DNA of 64,000 bases, from the NCBI GenBank assembly GCA_964016885.1, contig OZ024741.1:369644001-369708000 (forward strand), given 5' to 3'. Positions 56,473 through 64,000 of the stretch are shown here, one piece after another. Position numbers and translations under genes: made by a program. The notes beneath the pieces were generated by a model. That model made no database searches, was not told where the DNA came from, and worked only from the letters and a program-made list of their open reading frames with translations. This stretch comes from Eledone cirrhosa (lineage: Eukaryota). How positions within the stretch are numbered: position 1 is the stretch's first letter; each line of letters opens with the position of its first letter.

Positions 56473-57372
56473 TTCTTCTTCTTCTTTATCGCCCACTTAT
56501 TCCTGAGAGGGTCGTGGGGACAGAGTCCTCAAACACTCCTTCCAGAGGGTCCTGTCAGAAGTAACCGTCTCCAATTGAACCGACTGTATCCCCAAGCGTG
56601 ACCAGCCAAGCTCATGGATGTTATCCAAATATCTTGTACGATGTCTACCCCTACGTTTCCTGCCCGTTGGTTTTGCACGCAAAATCTGTCCAGCAATTCT
56701 ATCCTTGGACATTCTAACCACGTCTGTAATATCAGAGCTGTGATCTCTCAATTCGGAGAAGAAGCGGCTCTACCTGGAATAATTCTCTGATCTCGGAGTT
56801 ACGCACTCCATCAAGTAACGTTACTCCAAAGACCTTTGGAAAGAACCCCATTTCGGCCATTTGCTTTCGCGATCGTATTTTTGCGGTCATTACCCAATGT
56901 TCATGACCATAGTTAAAGGTTGGCATGAATACCGAATTGAAGATAGCGAGTTTGGCTTTTAAACCTACCACCCTTCTTCTGATTACCAAATGCTGAAGCT
57001 TATGCATTACTGAACTTGCTCCTGCAATTCTTGCACTTAATTCAGCCTTCTACCTTCCATCACTCATGAACACGTCCCCAAGATACTTGAACTCGCTTCA
57101 GTGGAACTCCTTACTCATGTTGAGTGCACAGTGCAGGCTTCCTTGAGAGGACTTGTGTCTCAGTTTTCACAGCACTGATTTTCATTCCAGCCATGCAGCA
57201 CTCGGCATCAAATCTACCAAGTGCAAGTCGGAGATTACCTTCTGTCGAAGTAACACCATGCTGTCTGCAAATTTCAGCCGACTGTTCTTTTCAGCTGCCA
57301 GTTATGATACCACTTTCAACCCTGCTGCGCATATCAATCCTATTCATAATGAACAAGAGAGGTGACTGTAAC
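56473..57372 (-). mobile_element. 5'-truncated RTE-clade LINE (RT C-terminus, (GAA)n tail)
   Basis: FKYLG, AKLAIFNSVF.PT..YG.E.W, AEMGF, VRNSEIRE and GRKRRGR..TRYLDNI. The reverse-complement tail reads aaagaagaagaagaa. Confidence 0.85.
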
Positions 57373-57736
57373 CAGTAAAAGAAACAGTTAAAATCTCCTC
57401 ATCCCACCCGCTAACAAAGGAGAAGGCGGGTGGTTGGGTCAATATATTATTATGTAGAATATTATGGCGACATCATAAGAAACACATACCAGGACAAGAT
57501 CTACAACACTAAAAGTAAACGTGGGAAGAGACCGGAAGGTAAAGTGTTTTGCGATTAAACGAAGACAATAGTCCTTTCCTTTACTTTCTCGTACAACCAG
57601 ATCAGTTCTTTATCCCTTCTCCATTTTCTCCTTACTTAATTTTGTTTTTATCTCATCTTTCTTTTTCATATTTATGTAATCATCTATGGTTTTTAAGCCA
57701 ACTTTGTGAATAAAGAAAGTACCAACTAATATAGAG

Positions 57737-58045
57737 CAGTTATGGGCAACCTGCGACCCACGGGCTACATGCGGCCTGCGAAGCTTCCTGAATAGCTCAC
57801 CTAAGTCATCTAAGTGAAATCTTTCTGAATTTTTTACCGCAACCTTTCAGTCGTAATTTATCTTTCTATCATTTTTACGATCGAGGAAAATAATGTGTAC
57901 CAATTCTGAAGAAACAAATCAAAACAACCTGAGTTACCACCCTTCTTTTTAATGTGGGCACGAATGTAAATTAACGCTTGCGGCCCGCCTGATGATGAGT
58001 CATATCTCATGCGGCCCGCTTCTCGAAAAAGGTTGCCTATGCCTG
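57737..58045. mobile_element. hAT (Charlie-like) MITE
   Basis: TIRs are CAGTTATGGGCAACCT and AGGTTGCCTATGCCTG, with a perfect 8-bp TSD ATATAGAG. Confidence 0.9.
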
Positions 58046-58597
58046 ATATAGAGTTTGAGAAGACTCTACATAGTCGAGCATATGGCTACCTCTCTAGTGT
58101 TGGTGCCACAATAAAACGCAGCCAGTAAGCCCTGTAAAGTGTTAGTGCTGGTGCCACGATAAAATGCATTCAGTAAACTCTGTAAAGTGACGGTGCTGAT
58201 GCCATGGAAAACGTACGCTGCACATGCTGTAAAGACTTAATGTTGGAGCCACAGTAAATGCACCCAGTTCACTCTGTGAACTGGTTGGCGATAGGAAGCG
58301 CATTCTGCGGTAGAAACCAGGCCAAATGTGGAACGTTTTTAGCAAGATTAAGTCACTCCGACCTTACTGACCACGACAACCCATTCAACCAATGACAGCG
58401 TGGAAAGTGGACGTAAAATGATGATGACAAAATCACAAATGAAGCGACAAAACGTCTAGCACAAAAAAAAAAACACACACACACACACACACATATATAC
58501 ATAATATATATATATTTATGTATGTCCAAACTAAACAGTGAGTGTGTTTTATTATTATTTCTGGCAATATTATAACAATATGACCCTCCCCAAATTT

Positions 58598-58658
<61 letters not shown>

Positions 58659-58659
58659 A

Positions 58660-58701
<42 letters not shown>

Positions 58702-59085
58702 ACGCATATATATATGCGTATGTGTGTGTGTTTGTCTTGTCTATTCTTATATATATAACTGTTTCTACTTTTTTTTTTCGACTTTCTTTTTAATTGTTTG
58801 TCTCAGATCATGTCTCTTGCCACACAAGTACAACTCTAAAATAAATATGATCAACAATCTAAAGGTCTTTCGACTTTGCCTTTTTCCAATGAAATATTGG
58901 AAGTGAAATTTTAATTTTTCATTTATATCAAAATGTTTCTACAGTTAAAATAATTTTACAAAATATATTTTTATAAACATATAAGATATAATGTAAATCG
59001 ACGAAAAGTCGTAGTTAGTAACTATCTATCTACCTACCTACCTACCTACCTACCTACCTACCTACCTACCTACCTACCTACCTAC

Positions 59086-59123
<38 letters not shown>

Positions 59124-59346
59124 CTCTACGATGGACACATGTGCTGAGCTCGCTCGGTAAGTTTTTGTTTAAATTCATACGGAAATTGTAAACTGTAAAC
59201 TTTCATTTTTGTACCATTTTGTAGAGGGACTGCCAGGTCAAATTTTGATCTGGTCGGTCTCTCAAAATATTCTGCGCCTTTGGGCGAAATAGTATTGTGA
59301 ACATTTTATCTTTCGAAAAACTTCGAAAAACCCTATTTTGAGAAAA

Positions 59347-59523
59347 ATGGCTGAAGCATCTTCACCATCAATCAAAGAAGGAAAGGGGAAGTCATACTCA
59401 CAGCTTCCCCCTGCCACTGTCACAGCAGCAGATGCCAAAGGCAGAGGTCAGAGAGAGGAAGAATTGTCTTCACCTGTTGACCGACCACTAGATGTAGCCA
59501 CAACTACACAAGAATTTGAAAAC

Positions 59524-59554
<31 letters not shown>

Positions 59555-60891
59555 GCAACAATAAAGACAACAAAAACAACAACAACACAAACGTCACAAG
59601 TATCCACACACGAAACGAGAAAGACAACAACAACAACAAAGATGAAAACAACTCAAACGACGAGAAACAAAACAATACTAATATCCAAAACGAAAACAAA
59701 ATATCTTTTGCACAAACGGCTAAATTATCAGTCGCTTATGTGCTGGAAGATATTTCAAAAGCAAAAGAAATGCTGGAAAAAGCCAAGAAATATGTGTCTT
59801 TTGGCGAAAACGGATCGTTTTCTATACATTCACCTCCGGAGCTAAAAAGACAGACGGAATTACGAACTGTCGTATTCCGAACAATTTTAAATAAAACAAA
59901 GAAACCAGCGCAACCATCTCAAGCGGAAACTCAGTTAGTCTTGAAAGACGCGATGAGAGACATCACTTTCATACAAAAGGATAAACTCTATGGGAGTTTA
60001 TCCATATTGATGAAAGACGAATTGGCGGCAAAAAAATACTCTGTGTCGCCAATTCGGTCCACACACTACACCTTCTTCCCCACCTACATGGGTAAAAAAA
60101 CCCAGAGGATATGGATAACCACCATCACCCCAAACATAAACTACTGGTGGTTACTAACCGGTTTCCTCAATTTAGACGAGGACAATCTCATCTCAATAGG
60201 GAAGGCATCCGGCGACGCGTTCAGTGGAACGAGCCTCGAAGTTCTGACCCAAATAAGGCCAGAACGCATCGCCCAAATCCCTGAGCGCGTCATGCTGGAT
60301 GACCGTACCCACCTCAACATTATTGTGGAGGGTAGGCGTCCCTCCTGTTACCTCTGTGGCAATAGAGGTCACCTGAGGGCTGCCTGTCCCCAGCTCACAC
60401 AGAAAAAAACACTGCTACCAACACCAACACCACCCCAACTACAACAACAAAAACAACCACAACAACAACAAAAACCAACAACCCCACCACCACCACCACA
60501 ACAACAACAACAACAAACACGTGAAAAAATAACACAGAATACTGTCCCACCCAATCCCTCCCCACCCAAAACAAATACAAAAACACGCACACCGCAAACA
60601 CTACCAGAAAACATACCCCTCCCACCCAACAAGGAAGACGAACCTCTTTCGTCGCAAGACGAAAAAGATCCCTTCCAACAAGTAAAAAGAAAGAAGAGGA
60701 GACGCACCACAGACACACATGTTAACTTTAACCCCCCCCCCCCAAGAGAACACAAACTACACACAAACCACCCCTCCCTGTCACACAACACTAACTGCTA
60801 CACAAAAAAAGACCTTACAATACACATACATGAACACAGACAACAAAGAATTACGGAAAACAATTTCAGCAAACCCTTCGGTCCAAACTGA
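59347..60891 (+). CDS. L1-Tx1 ORF1 (CCHC zinc knuckle; Asn- and Gln/Pro-rich linkers)
   Basis: Open frame of ~514 aa from the ATG at 59347, containing CYLCGNRGHLRAAC. Confidence 0.85.
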
Positions 60892-61248
60892 AAGGCCAAA
60901 CTTTATAACTGCTGTGGGACTACCTCATTTGAAAATGATAAAAGTCCCAATGCACTTGTACAAAACACTGAAAATAAATTTCACGGAGGACGTGGGCCCC
61001 CCCTGCGCCAAACCAATCAACCGCGTCCTCCTAAAAAATTTCACCCCCCCCCCCCCCCCCCCACACACACCCCACCCCACCCAGACACCCACTCAACGAC
61101 AAACACCCCAACCCCACAACACACCGATGCCCCCTCACTTCCACAAACCACCACCCCACCCAACAACCCATCCCCAACCAGCATGGAAATTGAGCGGCCC
61201 GTTTCCCAGGACGCAGAGAGGTAAGTGCCTTTTCTCTTTACCACCAAC

Positions 61249-64000
61249 ATGGCTGTGCTAAGAGTAGGGTGTCTAAATGCGCGTGGCCTGGGCTCGTCTT
61301 GGAAGCAAGCAATGCTTCTAAATGACCTCAGGTCACAATCTATAAATGTGATGGTTATCTGCGAGGCCCGGATCAGCAGCATGCGACAGCTAGCCCCCAC
61401 CTTTGACAACTTTGAGATGCACGCATCTCTCTGTCAGCCCGGAGGTGGGGGTGGGGTTGTCGTTCTGCTGCAAAAACATATGGGCCTTGCAACACAGATA
61501 GTTCACTTGGACCCAGGGGGTCGACTGGTGGTGCTGGACCTTGGCAGTGGTGATAGCCGCATATGCCCCTTTTGGGACAGAGCGGCCCGACTTTTTCCAG
61601 CGTCTGGAGTCTTTTCTAGGGACGTCCCGTTCCCTGCTTTTAGTGGGGGATTGGAATGGTATCCTGGATGCACGTTGGGACTATGCAGGGGCATGTCCAG
61701 ATAGAGAGGGGTGCAACAGCCTCAAGGGGTTACTCGGCCGATTTGACCTGGCCGATAGATTTCGACTAGATTTTCCGACGGTGCCAACCTGGTCTTGGTC
61801 AAATCGCAGCGGATCATCTAGATCGTACCTAGATAGATTTTTAGTTAGAAATAAGGACAGGGACTTTTTAAGTTGTCCAGAAATGCTCATGGTTGGCTAT
61901 TCAGACCACAAGTTGGTGACCTGCATGGTCAAACTTGATAGAACGCATAGACAGGGCCCCGGTTACTGGAAGCTCAACTTGTCCTTGCCGGCAAGTAGAG
62001 CCTACAGGAATCGGATTAGTACGTTAGTTAAGGAACGGTTGACTGGAGCGATCGTCAACAGCAGGTGGTGGGTATCTCTAAAGAGAGAGATTAGAGTAGT
62101 CTCGATTGAATTTAGTAAGGTTCTAGCTGCGGATAGGAATAGGAAGGAAAGGGAGCTAATAGATAGAGTAGAAGAGGCAATTAGAAGCGGCGACGTGGCC
62201 AGAGTGCTAGCGTCGAGAACGGCTTTGAGCCAGTTTTTCGACGCGAAGCACGAAGGCTGCGTTGTCCGAAGTAAAATACGTGCTCTAGGGAACGAGGGGG
62301 CCAAAGCTGTTAGCTGGGCCCGCGTGACAGAGGCCAACAGTGGAACTAAATCCACCATCCGGTCTTTGCGAGACCTGGATGGACGGGCGATTCTTGAGCC
62401 TAAGCAGATGTGTGAGGCCTTTCAAAGGCACTTTGCCCGACTGTTCGGGAGGGGCGGGGAGCCGGTTGGAAACGTGGACTTCGGTCCATACCTCGACGGC
62501 CTGCCGCGCCTCTCGGACAGGGAGGCGAAGTCTTGCGAGGAGCCGATTTCGGCCGCTGAGATAGAGGACGTGCTGGGCCAATGCGGAAAACGCAAATCCC
62601 CGGGTCTCGATGGTCTTCCTTACGAATTATATCTAGCTATGCCGGACTTGTTCCCCGATCTCCTCGAGGCGGTCTACTGCAACTGGCAACAGAACGGGAG
62701 AATTCCCTGTACTGTGACCAAGGGCGTAGTCACGCTAGTGAGGAAGGACGAGAACAAGGGGGACGAAATAAGTAACTTCAGGCCCATAACTCTGCTAAAT
62801 ACAGAGTTACAGATTTTGGCCAAGGTGCTAGCAAAGAGGTTGGCGCTTGTCGTGGGCAACCTGGTGGGAGATGCGCAGACATGCGCTATCCCGTCCAGGT
62901 CCATCCATGACAACCTCCACCTCATGCGATACATCATAGAGAGGGTTGGGAACGAACCCGGCTTTGGTGGGGCTCTGATCAACTTGGATCAATCTAAGGC
63001 GTTCGATAGGGTCGACCATGGTTACCTGGATGCGGTGCTAGTGGCGGCAGGCTTCGGACCCGTTTTCAGGGGCTGGATCACTGCTATGCACAGCAGCCGC
63101 ATCTGCTCTAGGGTCAAGGTGAACGGCTACCTCTCGGAGCCGTTCAAAATCGCGCGGTCCATCCGACAAGGGTGCCCTCTCTCCTCCCTTCTGTATGTGT
63201 TGACTCTCGAGCCACTACTGCGGAAGTTGGAGTTGTTGCAGGGCATCCCTTTGGAACCGGGATTGCGGAAAGCGGTGTCAGCCTACGTCGATGATGTGAC
63301 AGTAATGGTGTCGACGGCCTCCGAAATCGAGGCGGTCGGCACCTTACTGGAGGAGTACGAAAAGTTCACAGGGGCTAAGCTGAACCGGGACAAGTCGATC
63401 GGTTTGCAACTCGGCACGTGGAGGGGCAGACCGATGCCCTCCGATGGCGTCGTCGGACGCTGGACGGAGGGCCCGGTGAAGTTGCTCGGGGTCTGGTTCG
63501 GACCGGACCTCCAGGTGGAGAAAAACTGGGCGGAGGTTACGAACAGGGTGTTTGCACTGACCCAGAAGTGGGCCAGTTGCAAACTATCCCTGAAAGGTCG
63601 GGCGGAGGTGGCGAACACTTATATAGCGTCCGTCATCTACTACCGCCTGACCGTAGTGCCCTGCCCAAGGGAAACCCTCACCAAGATGGAGCGCGCGCTC
63701 TTCCAATTCCTTTGGAAGGGGCGGGCTCCTATGGTGAGGAGATCCATCTGCTGTCAACACCCTTCGAAAGAAGGAGGGCTGGGGATGCCGTGGCTAATGA
63801 TGCGTAAACACGCATTAAGGCTACGGCACCTCTACGTATTCCTCACCGGACAACCGGTGTGGGCCTCGTTTGTGAGACGAACCTTTCCCAGACTCGTCTC
63901 ACTCACCGAGCTGCAATCCTGGGTCAAGCAAAGACCGAGAAAACTGGGCGCCTGGCACACTGAGTGTGCCCAGGCGCTCACCGCCCTCTGGCAGGCGGAT
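61249..64000 (+). pseudogene. L1-Tx1 ORF2 (APE endonuclease and reverse transcriptase) with one frameshift at ~61550; partial
   Basis: Starts MAVLRVGCLNARGL. After the shift, AYAP, VGDWN, SDH, KSPGLDG, FRPITLLN, KAFDRV, RQGCPLS and YVDD are present, and the codons I checked (61559, 63167, 63284) share one frame. Confidence 0.88.

Larger units (their letters stand above)
59126..64000 (+). mobile_element. L1-Tx1 clade LINE, young, running off the window end; preceded by (CTAC)n(CTAT)n
   Basis: Two-ORF organisation: a zinc-knuckle ORF1 and an APE-RT ORF2. Confidence 0.9.

Overview
This is repeat-dominated animal DNA. The SINE and microsatellite landscape resembles an octopus or other cephalopod, which is my inference. 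I could not support any host protein-coding gene, and most long ORFs in the track are microsatellite artefacts. The recognisable elements are: a near-intact L1-Tx1 LINE (59.1-64 kb) plus two decayed relatives; a decayed, near-full-length R4/Dong-like LINE with a restriction-like endonuclease (RLE), sitting in a (TACA)n tract; RTE-like fragments; a Chapaev3-like transposase remnant; two Penelope-like (GIY-YIG) remnants; hAT and mariner MITEs; and many tRNA-derived SINEs. The main signal the ORF track misses is a dense set of type I hammerhead ribozyme (HHR) motifs, about 10 complete or near-complete ones plus several half motifs, from at least 6 sequence families. Most lie in short non-coding units next to (TA)n tracts, and many are embedded in fold-back inverted repeats. 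One family occurs as a 320-bp terminally redundant monomer, and its two copies show compensatory stem changes, as expected for a retrozyme or circular-RNA-derived element. All folds were paired by eye and none has been tested for activity.
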